DNA of 47,309 bases. Source: an uncultured Candidatus Peribacteria bacterium (GTDB lineage: Bacteria; Patescibacteriota; Gracilibacteria; Absconditabacterales; Absconditicoccaceae). The translations under genes and the position numbers were made by a program. The stretch's first letter is position 1; each line of letters opens with the position of its first letter. Where the stretch lies: assembly GCA_964586005.1 (NCBI GenBank), contig CAZPFR010000001.1, forward strand, positions 39,185-86,493, in the 5' to 3' direction. Positions 11,461 to 22,396 of the stretch are shown in pieces. The notes beneath the pieces are model-generated. The model was not told where the DNA came from. It saw only the letters and a program-made list of their open reading frames with translations, and did no database searches.

Positions 11461-12030
11461 TTATTTTGTGTTGATCAAAAATAGTAATACTCCAATGTAG
11501 CCGAATTTTTGGATAATTGTTTGCAATGTTCTATGAAATGTTACTTTGCATGTGTTTGCAGATTTTCCTATGATCTGTGCTATTTCTTCATAAGACATTT
11601 CATTCCAAATTCTTAATAAAAATATTTCTTTTTTTTCTTTTCCTAATGTTTCTAAAAATTGTAGAATCTGATTTAATTTATCACGATCTTGAATTCCTTG
11701 TAAAATATCTATTTCTATACTTTGGTCTTGAAGTCGTGTATATTCTGGATAATCTATGTTATTTTGACGAAAATAATCAATAGTAGTGTTTCTTGCTATA
11801 CTATATAATCGTGAAGAAAATCAGAATTCTTTATTATGATCGAATAAATGAATTTTTTCGAATGCTTTGAGAAATGTATCGGAGGTAAGATCTTCAGTTT
11901 CTTGTTTTTTTCCAACTTTGAAAAAAATAAAGTCAAAAATCTTTTTAACATATTTTTCGTAAAGCGGTATAAAATTATCTGTCTTTCCTTCTTGGATAGC
12001 TTTCACTAGATCATTGTCTGAAATCTGCAT
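11461..12030 (-). CDS. ECF-type sigma-70 family RNA polymerase sigma factor
   Basis: 189 aa. Region 2-like FIPLYEKYVKKIFDFIFFKV..ETEDLTSDTFLKAFEKI ... RLYSIARNTTIDYFRQ. Region 4 HTH KEIFLLRIWNEMSYEEIAQIIGKSANTCKVTFHRTLQ. Confidence 0.85.
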
Positions 12031-12096
12031 ATATTACGTTTAAATAGTATAAACGAGCTCTTTATACATATATGGTACGCGAATGAAAGAAAAAAG

Positions 12097-12462
12097 TTAC
12101 AGGGGTTTTGCTTTGCTTGTCAGTTTGATGAGTTGTTCGATGGCTTTTTGTTCGAAGACGTTTTCGTTTTTAAGATAGATTTTGGTGATATATTTTCCAC
12201 TGGCGTCAAAAAGATGTGGTAGCATTGGATATTGGTCAAAAATACGATATGTATTTGTATATATAATAGGAAATTTCTTTTTGTAGGTATTTATATAAAA
12301 TCGTAGATTATTTGAAAATTTATAGCAGATATGGATAGATTTTAATGTTTCTTTTGCTCAATATTTCAATAATAGTTTTCTGATCTTTTCAACGAGAAAA
12401 TGATTTTCAGGTGAAAGTTTGCAAAGAAGTTCATTTATAGAAGAATACTGTGATATAGACAT
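12097..12462 (-). CDS. hypothetical protein (possibly DUF1801/YdhG-like)
   Basis: ATG 12462, TAA 12097-12099, 121 aa. It starts 3 nt after the stop of the upstream gene (operon). Confidence 0.5.
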
Positions 12463-12465
12463 GTA

Positions 12466-13611
12466 TTATTTTTTTCTTGTTAAAAATCGTAAAATTGTTC
12501 GTATTACCAATAGTCAGATTACTATTATTCATCTTTGTGGGTTTATAAAATAGATATGAATTGTTGTTGTAATTATAGCAATATAAGATATTTTTTGAAT
12601 TTTTTTTCGATTTTTCCCTAAATATTTCATAGCTTTTTTGTTGGATGTAATGAACCCAATCCCTGCAGCCAAAAGTCCTAATAATCAAAAAATTCCTGAG
12701 AGACTTAAAAATAAATTATCCATAAGCATATTTCGTTTCAACCAATTGATTAACCAAATACTTCCATGTAAAAAAGCAAACCAAAACATTGTTATTCCAA
12801 TTTGTTTCCTTTTCCCAACACACCAAATTAAAAATGTATTCAGAATTGATTTTTTGATATATTTATTGGTAATGTTAGCCAAAGGTCTTACAATCAAAAT
12901 TAATCGTAAAGATCGAAATCATAAATATCCTCGATGTATAGGTTCTGTTATTAGCTTTGGAAAGAAAAAATATTGAATCAATCCCAAAATGGGTATGTAA
13001 ACTAGTAGTATATTAGCATCAATACTTCTTATTTTATCGAAAATAGGAGTTTTGATCTTTCTTGTTAAAAATATTACTATGAGTAAAATAAGAAAACCTA
13101 AGAATAATCAAAAATGCATTTGTTGAAGTACTATGTCATTATTTGTTGCTGGTATATTTTCTGTTGAAATATTTCATGTTATACTATTTGATTCTGTTCC
13201 TTTTAAGAGGGTTCTTAATTCTTTTATAGGTAAATTTGCACGATCATGAATTTCTTGTACGGATGTTGTTTCTTTTACTGAAAAACCTACTTTTGTAGAA
13301 ATCTTTTCAATAGTTTCTTTGATATTTATATTAAATGCTTGGGCGAGTTGTTGTACGGTCATTGCTTTCATTTGGGTTGATGAGATTTCGCCAGCAGCTA
13401 GTCAACTATCACATGCGTCTGTTTGTGTATGATTCTCTGTTTTGTTTGTAACTGGTTCTCCTAGATCACAATTATTATTTGCATTATTGTCTATATATAA
13501 TCCACATTGTCCTGGATAAGGATCATTTGTTATTCCGGAAGGACATGATTGCGCCAGAGTAGTTTGTGTTAATACAATAATTGATAAGAAAAATCAGATT
13601 ATATTTTTCAT
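12466..13611 (-). CDS. polytopic membrane protein with Cys-rich N-terminal exposed region (possibly DUF4405-like)
   Basis: ATG 13611, TAA 12466-12468, 381 aa. MKNIIGFFLSIIVLTQTTLAQS is a signal peptide or TM. Cys-rich CPSG..GQCG..NNCD..DACD, then a soluble helix-rich segment (track ORF 13174-13371), then several TM helices with His/Trp motifs (HGSIWLINWL). Confidence 0.6.
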
Positions 13612-13738
13612 TGTGTTACCATATAGAATAAATGTATTTGTATTTATTGATCTTCTTTTCCACTTCAATGTTTTTTATTTCTTGTAAAGAATAGTAATAT
13701 TTTTATACATTCATTACTTTTTATTTTTTATTCTGTTT

Positions 13739-14812
13739 ATGTTTGTAGAAAATTGAGTTCTTCGTATAGTATTTTTTATTCTTTTTTTGTCTTTTCTCTT
13801 CTTTTTGTTATTTGTATCTCTTTGGAGGTGAGCTGTTTCTTTTGGTATTTCTGTTAGCATAAAAACAATTATTATTGTTACATTTTGTTTTTTTTGATTT
13901 ATGCTCCTTTGATTTTCATTTAATAATTCTGATATAATTGTAGTACCTTTTTTTACTTCGTTTATTGTTTGATTATTATATTTGGTTTGGTTGTTGTTAC
14001 CTCTTTTTCTATTAAGAGATTTTATTTCTTTTTGGTATAAAATACCTTGATTATTTATGTTTATTATTTCTATTCTCTGGATTTGATTTGGAATTTACTT
14101 TGGTACTACGGTAAAGGTTACTACCTTAGAACTTCCAGTAACTTCTTTGTCTCAAGATTATACATTTGTTTTTATTAGTGATCTTCATGTACAAGCATTG
14201 CGTAATACTCAGTATATACAATCTATTGTGAATAAAATAAAAAAAATACAACCAGATTTTGTTATTATTGGCTGAGATTTATTTGATAGAGTAAAATCTG
14301 AATATAGTAAAGCATATTTACCTTTTAATCAGCTTGATATTCCTATTTATGCGACACTTGGAAATCATGATGCTATGTGAAGTACAGATTCTCTTTTAAA
14401 TATGTTCGATAATACAAATATTATTTTTTTGAGAAATAAAAGTGTACTATTTTCTGGTATTCAGCTTGTAGGTATTGATGATAAAAGTTTTTGGAAAGAA
14501 AAACAACTTGATGATGTCTTGAATGAAAGTGATATCAAACAAAATGCTTTATATACAATATTGATTAGTCATCAACCATATAAACTTTCTTTAATAAAAA
14601 ATTATCCAATTGATTTGCAATTGGCTGGCCATACGCATAGAGGTCAATTTATCCCTTTATCATGGATTATTTGATGGTTTAATGATTATGCATATGGAAA
14701 ATATGATGAACATGGAAAAATTGTATTTGTTTCTCAATGAATTGGTACGCGAGGAGCTCCAATTAGAGTAGGAACTCAGAGTGAATTAGTTTTAGTTACG
14801 CTTAAACATTAA
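13739..14812 (+). CDS. membrane-anchored metallophosphoesterase (calcineurin-like, YkuE-type layout)
   Basis: 357 aa. N-terminal TM helices, then FVFISDLH, IIGGDLFD (first G = TGA), TLGNHD, ISHQP, GHTHRGQ. Confidence 0.85.
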
Positions 14813-15042
14813 TCTAAACATTTTGGTTTTTGGTAATTTTCACAGTACATCATAGTACAAGCAGCTTCTGTACTATTTTCTATTTTATTGCACGTATTAC
14901 AACCGTCAAAAAATGATTTACAATCCTTTGAAATTGTTGTTTTTCGACTATCTTGATTATAAGAAGGTGTTTTGGAAATTTGGTTACATCAAGTCAAAAC
15001 AAATGGTAAAACAATTAGAGAGAAAAGAAACACTTTATTCAT
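14809..15042 (-). CDS. small Cys-rich lipoprotein
   Basis: 77 aa: MNKVFLFSLIVLPFVLTGCNQ, with lipobox L-T-G-C whose Gly is TGA, plus six further Cys in the mature part. Its TAA (14809-14811) overlaps the TAA of the convergent phosphoesterase gene (14810-14812). Confidence 0.65.
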
Positions 15043-15272
15043 GATATTTAAAATAAAAAAATAAAAGATATTTTTAATACGTGAATTTCTCCAAAAAGAT
15101 ACATAAAAAATACATTATTACAATAATGATTAATTAGATTTGTTTTTTATGTTTAAATAAACCATTAAAATGTCAAATTTAAAAATAATTGATATGTCAG
15201 ATTTTTTGTTTTTTTATAAGATTTGTGTATAATTTTATTGGAAACTGTTTTTATTCTTTTATAACATATTCT

Positions 15273-16733
15273 ATGAACTTACAAGAACTTATTGCGACAT
15301 TAAATCCTCATCAACTTGCTTATATCAATATGGATCTCAAGGATCCTAAAAATGGGGATTATATGTTGAGTGTTTTTCATCTCATTCCTGGTGGGAAACT
15401 TAATATTTTGCAAGCGGCATGTGAAGTTGCTGCTGAATCTAGTACAGGGACAAATTTTTTGGTACAAACAGAAACTGCATACTCAAAAATGCTTAATGCA
15501 TTAGTATATCAAGTAGATTTGGAAAAAAATCTTGTACGGATTGCTTATCCATGGAGACTTTTTGATAGAAAAGGAAATGTTCAAAATATTTTGACGTATA
15601 TTGCAGGAAATGTCTTCTGAATGAAAGAAATTCAAGCCTTGAAACTTTTGGATGTTTGGTTTCCTCCTGCTATGCTTGAACAATATGATGGACCTAGTTA
15701 TACTTTGGATGATATGAGAAAATATCTCAATGTGTATGATAGACCAATTCTTGGAACTATTGTGAAACCAAAAATGGGACTTACTTCTGCTGAATATGCT
15801 GAAGTGGCTTATGATTTTCGGGTAGGATGAGGTGATTTTGTGAAAAATGATGAACCGCAGGCAGATCAAGATTTCTGTCCTTATGATAAAATGGTAGCTC
15901 ATATCAAAGAAGCTATGGATAAAGCAGTTAAAGAAACTGGTCAGAAAAAGGTACATTCATTTAATGTCTCAGCAGCAGACTATGATACGATGATTGCAAG
16001 ATGTGAGATGGTAGTAAATTCTGGTATGGAAAAAGGTAGCTATGCTTTCCTTATCGACTGAACTACAGCTGGATGGATGGCAGTACAAACACTTAGAAGA
16101 AAATATCCAGATGTGTTTATTCATTTTCATAGAGCAGGACATGGTGCTTTTACTAGACCAGAAAATCCTATTTGATATACTGTTTTAGTTTTATCTAAAT
16201 TTGCTAGACTTGCTGGAGCATCTGGAATTCATACCGGAACTGCTGGAGTTGGTAAAATGGCAGGAACTCCCGAAGAAGATGTTACAGCAGCACATAATAT
16301 TTTTTGACTTGATGCTCCAGGGCATATTTTCCAACAATCACGAGGAACTATTCCAGAAAACGATGAAGATCGATTAAATAAAGTCCAAGAAGATCATCAT
16401 CAACATCTAGTTAATGAAGATGATACTTGGAGAAATCTCAAAAAATGTTGTCCAATTATTTCTGGATGACTCAATCCAACTCTTTTGAAACCATTTATTG
16501 ATGTGATGTGAAATGTAGATTTCATTACAACTATGGGTGCTGGTTGTCATGCTCATCCTAGAGGAACAAAAATTGGAGCGACAGCATTAGTACAAGCATG
16601 TGAAGCATATAAAAAATGAATAGATATTGTAGAGTATGCAAAAGATCATATTGAACTTGCTGAAGCTATTGAATTTTTTACTAAGAAAGAAAATAAAGAT
16701 TTGAGGCATGCTGAGAGAAGAGAATCTAATTAA
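15273..16733 (+). CDS. rbcL: ribulose-1,5-bisphosphate carboxylase/oxygenase large subunit, form II-like / form II/III type
   Basis: 486 aa. It joins track ORFs 15189-15620, 15621-15830 and 15840-16061 in one phase. Catalytic motifs are present: GNVFG(TGA)[15 protein letters not shown](TGA)[27 protein letters not shown](TGA)[18 protein letters not shown](TGA)[13 protein letters not shown]. About 30 extra residues ([33 protein letters not shown], ~16347-16446) lie before the SGG motif. Confidence 0.93.
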
Positions 16734-16766
16734 TTAGTTTATCCGCAATACAGAACAAACAAAAAA

Positions 16767-16795
16767 GGTTAGATGTAAAAATCTGGCTTTTTTTG
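16767..16795 (+). terminator. possible terminator after the RuBisCO gene
   Basis: GGUUAGAU-GUAAAA-AUCUGGCU (stem includes three G-U pairs) followed by U7. Confidence 0.35.
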
Positions 16796-16870
16796 AAATT
16801 TGAATTGTAACTTGAAAGTAAAATTATACAACAAAAAAGAATCAGAATTTTATATTATTATATATATATT

Positions 16871-18070
16871 ATGTATCAACCAAGTTCAGAATTATTAAAA
16901 AAATATGCAGATGTTTTGGTGAAATTTGCATTGTGGAGTGGAAAATGAGTAAATAAAGGAGATGTGGTTTTTGTTCAAATTCCAGAGTGTGCTAAACCAT
17001 TTTATTTACCTTTGCAACAATCTATTTTGGAGGCTGGTGCTTATCCTATTTTTGAATATTATCCAGATGGTGTGGCTAGAAATTTTTATGAAAATGCTAG
17101 TGATGAACAAATATCCTTTTATCCACAGGCTTATTTTGATGGTAAAGTGGAACAGATGACTCATGTGATTTCTATAATTGCAGAGCATGATAAATATGAA
17201 TTGAAGTGAGTTGATCCGCAAAAAATGGCTACTAGAGTAAAATCTCGTAAACCTTATGTAGAAAAACGTACTCAAAAAGAACTTGAAGGAAAAATGACAT
17301 GGACACTCTGATTATATGGTACTCCTGCTATGGCGGAAGAAGTTGGTATGACACTTGAGGAATATCGAAATCAAATTATAAAAGCGTGTTATCTTGATGA
17401 AGAAAATCCTATTGAAAATTGGAAAAAAACTAATATGGAAATAGAAACAATAATTTCTAAATTAAATGAAATGAAAATTCAGAAAATTCATATGGTTGGT
17501 GAAAGTGTAAATCTTTGGGTTGGTATATGATCTAATAGACAATGGCTTGGTGGGTCAGGAAGAAATATTCCGTCCTTTGAAATTTTTACTTCACCTGATT
17601 ATAGAGAAACTAGTGGTTGGATGAAATTTAATCAACCATTGTATAGATATGGTCAAAAAATCACCGAAATTTCTTTGAAATTTGAAAAGTGAGAAGTTGT
17701 TTATTTTGATGCTAGCGAAGGAAAAGAACTTTTAGAAGAAATATTTAAAATTTCTGGTACCAAATCATTGTGAGAGTTTAGTTTAACTGATAGTAGACAT
17801 TCTCATATTACAAAATGTATGGCTGAAACATTATATGATGAAAATATATGAGGTGAATTTGGAAATACTCATATAGCAATTTGAAGATCTTATGAGGAAA
17901 CTTATGTTTGAGATGTTAGTATACTATCTGAAGAACAAAGAAAAGAATTATGATTTAATCAAAGTGCAGAACATATAGATATTATTTCTACCACGGATAG
18001 AACCGTGACTGCATATTTGGAAGATGGTAGAGAGGTAATTATTTATGAAAAAGGTAAGTTTTTTATTTAG
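16871..18070 (+). CDS. aminopeptidase, peptidase family M29 (AmpS/PepS-like)
   Basis: 399 aa: MYQPSSELLKKYADVLVKFALWSGKGVNKGDVVFVQ ... GGSGRNIPSFEIFTSP ... GGEFGNTHIAIG(TGA)RSY. TAG at 18068-18070. Confidence 0.85.
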
Positions 18071-18092
18071 AACTTAGCACTTAGAGATTAGG

Positions 18093-18187
18093 GTTCAAAA
18101 TCGAGCAATAAAGAAGATATACAAAAGAAATGAATCATTACCAAATCAACATAATTCGTAGCCAAAAAGCATTCATACAATTCTAAC
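18093..18187. repeat. dispersed intergenic repeat, copy B (inverted relative to copy A at 35021-35110)
   Basis: The reverse complement of 18093-18187 aligns with 35021-35110. Shared blocks are ttagaattgtat, attatgttgatttggt and tttattgctcgatttt, roughly 70-80% identity by eye. Confidence 0.7.
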
Positions 18188-18307
18188 TAGACTTAAAATT
18201 TAGATAATGATATTGCCTTAATGAGAAATGAATTTTGTTGTCTTTTATTGCGAGATATTTTTTAGCTTTTCGAATTTAGAATTACATTTTACAAAATAAA
18301 ATTTAAA

Positions 18308-19039
18308 ATGTACTTATACGGATTTACTACATTTGCAGGTATCGATAAAGTAATGAAAGTGGATCGTGATGATTTGAAATTTTCTGTTTGAGATTTATTA
18401 CAATCTGATGATGAATATTTTTTGGTATTGGGAAATACTGTTTCTTTTGCTGAACAATATACAGCTCGTTTACCTAATAATCGTGAATTAATTGTAATTT
18501 ATCCTAAATTTGTTTCTCAAAAATATATTGCATGGATTCATTGGATGGTTTCGGAATATTATACGGGTTATAAGAATGTAATAAAATATTTTATTTCACA
18601 AGATGTTGAATCTTTACTCAAAAGAGAATGATCAAAAAAATCTAAATTATCAGCAAAACTTTCTTTGTCTCCAAAACTCTTTGGTGTAGATACTGTTGCA
18701 GAAAAAGGTCAGACTTTGATTGTTTATCCAGATTTATGGACTATGTTTATTATGTCTAATGAACATACTCGTACACAATCTCAAGTTTTAGTCTTACATT
18801 CTTCGGATACTCAAATAAAAAAAGATAAAGCTTTTTGGCAAATAAAACACGGTTTAGTAAAATATATTTTGACAACTCATGCTGAAATGTTCCAAGATTT
18901 TTATGATCTTCAATCTATTTCTGTGATACATCCCTATAAGCGATATTATGCTCATCAACAAGATCCTAGATATAAAACTATAGATGTATTGTCGTATCTT
19001 TCCAAAATACATCAGGCGAATATTATAGAATATAATTAG
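18308..19039 (+). CDS. truncated PriA-like (primosomal protein N') protein lacking Walker A, DExH and the C-terminal half
   Basis: 243 aa, intact ORF. AWIHWMVSEYYTGYKNVIKYFIS resembles the PriA N-terminal motif. GQTLIVYPDLWT...VLVLHSSDTQIKKDKAFWQIKHGLVKYILTTHAEMFQDFYDLQSISVIHPYKRYYAHQQDPRYKTIDVLSYLSK is collinear with PriA motif Ia to after motif II (E. coli ...GKQALVMVPEIGLT...[70 protein letters not shown]). There is no GxGKT, and DEEH is replaced by IHPY. Confidence 0.5.
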
Positions 19040-19116
19040 ATTTTTAGAAAACCTCTTGAATTATTTTTTCTATTGCATATAGTTGCTTTGTTAAATTTAT
19101 TTTTTATGAATTCCTC

Positions 19117-19680
19117 ATGCTTTTTGATTTTCAAGCATTTATAGAAGAACTTAGAGAAAAACCAGAAAAAAAACAGATTGTTGAGAAATATGAACAATTG
19201 GTTTGATCTATCCAATGAGATATCAAAGATCAAGAATGGTATACTGAATACTTAGTTAAGTTTTCTCCTGTTGTTTATCGTGTTCCAGAAGAACTAAAAG
19301 ATGATTTTGACTGGGATTTGTTACAACAGTTGGTTTTATGATCTTTTAGTAGTGATTACGAATTAAAAAAGGAATCACAACAATCAGAGAAAGAATTATA
19401 TATTGCGGTAAAAAGTTGAGAACAAAGTGTTGTAAAAACAATTTCAGAACTTTGGTCTTTTCAAATACTTAGATTATATGAAATATATATAGAGGAACAA
19501 ATGAATCTTCATGCTTTGAGAAAGGAAGAGGAAAATGAACAAGTAGCTATTGATTGAGAAAGAGAAGCAAGATTATTGAGATGGAAAGCTGTTTTGGAAA
19601 CTATGGATAGAGATGAATTGGCATGAAAAGCAAAACAAGAACAAGAATCAAAATTATGAGATCTTATGGGACAGTTATAA
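19117..19680 (+). CDS. hypothetical protein (acidic, coiled-coil-like C-terminus)
   Basis: ATG 19117, TAA 19678-19680, 187 aa, eight in-frame TGA, no TAA/TAG on hand translation. No motif recognised. Confidence 0.5.
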
Positions 19681-19704
19681 AATCATCATTTTCATTATAA
19701 AATC

Positions 19705-19740
19705 TTAAAATAGGAGTAAACTCTCCTATTTTTTAAAAAA
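19705..19740. terminator. bidirectional rho-independent terminator between convergent genes
   Basis: Stem AATAGGAG / CTCCTATT (19709-19716 / 19723-19730), loop TAAACT, flanked by T6 on one side and an A-run on the other. It serves both the + gene ending at 19680 and the - gene ending at 19733. Confidence 0.7.
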
Positions 19741-20596
19741 TAGAACTGTCAATTAAATATGATGGTATTGGTAGTTTGTAGATTGATTCTAAACTAATTT
19801 TTTTTCAGTTAGAATATCAAAAACTTGATATGTATGTTTTTGGAAGGGGTAAATTGTTATCTCATGGTATTTGTAAACAGAATTCAAGTTGTGTATCGTT
19901 TTTATTTGCTATGATTAAATAATTTTGAAGATCATTGTCATATTGTCGATTTCTTATTGAAGGATCGTTATCTTCTCTAAATAAATTATGTGCTTTTACA
20001 TTAAAATCTTCAAAAAAATTTTCTCATCAAAATATTTCTGTTTCGAAAAATATTCCGGATTCTTTTATTGTTCCAGATGACGAAAGGATGATTCATATTC
20101 AAATATTTTGAGTAGTTTCAAGATCTCTTATTTTTATATCTTTTAGAATATATGATTTATTGCTATAATATTTTTGCTCAGAAAAATGTTCATTTATATT
20201 ATTATTTGGTTCATCAATAAATAAAGGAAGAATTAGACTTTCTCCTCAAGAGATATTGATTTTATTTGTACAAGAGTTTGTTTTGGGATGTCAATCTGAT
20301 AATAGGCTATTTTTTCATATAATTTCGATTCAAAATTTTGTAGATGCATTGATATTGTCTTTCACCAGATCATCGTTTTCATTTATTTTTATACTATATC
20401 ATTCTCAACGGATCTGGAGTAAACTTAGCCCTATTTCATTTCATCATTTTGCTAAGTAGTAACTTTTGTAATAATTGTGTATTTGATTTGTTTGGATTGC
20501 TATATGTTTTGTATATTGTACTGCCATTATTCCAATTAAAGAACAAGCGACTAAAACAAATAATACTAGTAAACTTATATTTCATTGTTTTTTCAT
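19733..20596 (-). CDS. PilX-like type IV pilus minor component
   Basis: 287 aa: MKKQG(TGA)NISLLVLFVLVACSLIGIMAVQYT ... SYYLAKGGNEIGL resembles the PilX N-terminal domain. It starts 5 nt after the preceding stop. Confidence 0.5.
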
Positions 20597-20601
20597 TTTT
20601 T

Positions 20602-21216
20602 TTATTGAAGATTAAAAAACTGTTGGAAAAGAATTGAACTTGTCCTTATTCGATTTCATTTTTCATATAAAGGACTGTATATACTGAAATGAATTAAAAA
20701 GCTCGGTTGTTTTATATATAACAAAGGAAATTCAATCTGACTATCTTGTATTATAGCATTGTTATCTTTGAATGGAAATATTGTAAAATATGGTTTGGAT
20801 ATAGAACTTTCACTAGGTGTTGTTATATTTGTTATTACTCAACTTGAATTTATAATGATTAATGTGCAAGGATTGTTTTTTTCTTCTTCGTTAAATCATG
20901 TGATTAAAGGAAAATCTGGTTTACATATTCCTGTACTAGTAATTGTTATGTTTCCCAATAATCAGGAGAGATATAATGTATCTGTTTTTTCTGTATTTAT
21001 CTGCTGATCAAAATTGAGACTATGATTGTCTGCTATATTTTGTAGTGTTTGATTGGTCCAAATTAATTCTTGTTGAATTTTTTTTTCTTGTTGTGTACGA
21101 AAACTTATCAATGATATAGTATTATACGTCCTAAAAAGGATAACCGTTAATACTCCGATCATACTAATTGTTATGAGTAATTCTATTAATGTAAATCAGA
21201 ATTTTTTATTGTTCAT
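20602..21216 (-). CDS. prepilin-type N-terminal cleavage/methylation domain protein (minor pilin/pseudopilin)
   Basis: 204 aa: MNNKKFG(TGA)FTLIELLITISMIGVLTVILF. It includes track ORF 20962-21162. Confidence 0.8.
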
Positions 21217-21218
21217 AA

Positions 21219-21788
21219 TTAGTAGTTTCAAATAAATGATTCCAATACAACTTCTCCTGTTTTTGATCATCTTTGGTATATTACGTGTGATTCTACTTTC
21301 AAAATTTTTCAGGTATTCAGTATGTTATCATGGTCTTTAACTCCTGTAAAATATATATATCTAGAATATTGTGTTGGTTGTTCGCTGGGCACATGAGTAT
21401 ATTCTAAAGATCAATTATTATTTATAAATAATTTTGTTTCTGATAGGTCGTTGGTTATAACTGGACTTCGTTCTACGGTGTTTATATCAACTATTCGTTT
21501 ATTTTGTCCTTCCAAAAAATAGTGTTTACATACATTAGTTCCCATAATGTCATAATATTCTTTGTCTACTATACAATCTCGTGGTAATCCAGCAATGCGA
21601 TTACTATCTCTAGTGTTATATGTTAGTTCTAAGCCTTCTTTTGCCAAAAGAGTTGCAGTTGTTTTTATTTCTAATTCGTTCATGGTGTTCATGTTGTACA
21701 TTATCAACTTTAATACAGCTAATACACCTACGGAAAAGATAAAAAGAACTATAATCATCTCTATTAATGTAAATCATTTCTTTTTCAT
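21219..21788 (-). CDS. prepilin-type N-terminal cleavage/methylation domain protein (minor pilin/pseudopilin)
   Basis: 189 aa: MKKKG(TGA)FTLIEMIIVLFIFSVGVLAV. It includes track ORF 21411-21758 and continues through TGA to TAA 21219-21221. Confidence 0.8.
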
Positions 21789-21802
21789 ATTGGTTTTTTG
21801 AT

Positions 21803-22315
21803 TTAAAAACTACTACAAGGAATATATTCTAATTTACATATGTTGGTTGTTATTTTGAAACAGTAAATTTTATTTCTAATTTCTGTTTTTATTTTAGTTA
21901 TTCCTTCTTGATCGTTTATTTTACATCCGATGGTATAGGGTAATAATTTTATATCTACAATATTTGAAGTCTGGTTGTTTATTTTAATTTCTTTTATTAT
22001 CTGTTTACTGTCAGAAAATCATGTAAATAATTTCATATCTCAAGATTCTTGCTCTAGTCTATAATCAAATCAATGTGATCATGTCTCAATTTTTATATAT
22101 AGTGCTGTATATCTTTCTTCTCCATTATAATTTGAACTCATATTACTCAATAAAAGTTGTTCATAATTATTTTTAAAATCATCTTTTCCAGTTTGAGCTT
22201 CAAGTTCTTTAATGCGTGAACCACTAAATTTCATAGTAATCGTCATAATTATTACAATTATTGATATTACGATAATAATTTCGAGTAATGTAAATCATTT
22301 CTTTTTTAGTTTCAT
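21803..22315 (-). CDS. prepilin-type N-terminal cleavage/methylation domain protein (minor pilin/pseudopilin)
   Basis: 170 aa: MKLKKKG(TGA)FTLLEIIIVISIIVIIMTIT. Confidence 0.8.
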
Positions 22316-22396
22316 CAAAAACATAGAAAATAAATTCTTTTATGTTATATATATTTTCATATATGATGCAATGTTATGTTTTTTATGAAATATCTC

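Noticed and set aside
15501-15956. 151-aa minus-strand ORF
   Set aside because: It lies antisense inside the RuBisCO gene and has no independent support.
16741-16870. Possible regulatory RNA or leader between RuBisCO and the aminopeptidase
   Set aside because: Only a weak wobble-rich hairpin with a U-run is visible. There is no conserved-looking structure or repeat. It is treated as a low-confidence terminator only.
19733-20596. Apparent frameshift splitting the PilX-like gene near 20400
   Set aside because: This was my own transcription error: one base was counted twice at a block boundary. On re-reading, the ORF is continuous from ATG 20596 to TAA 19733-19735.
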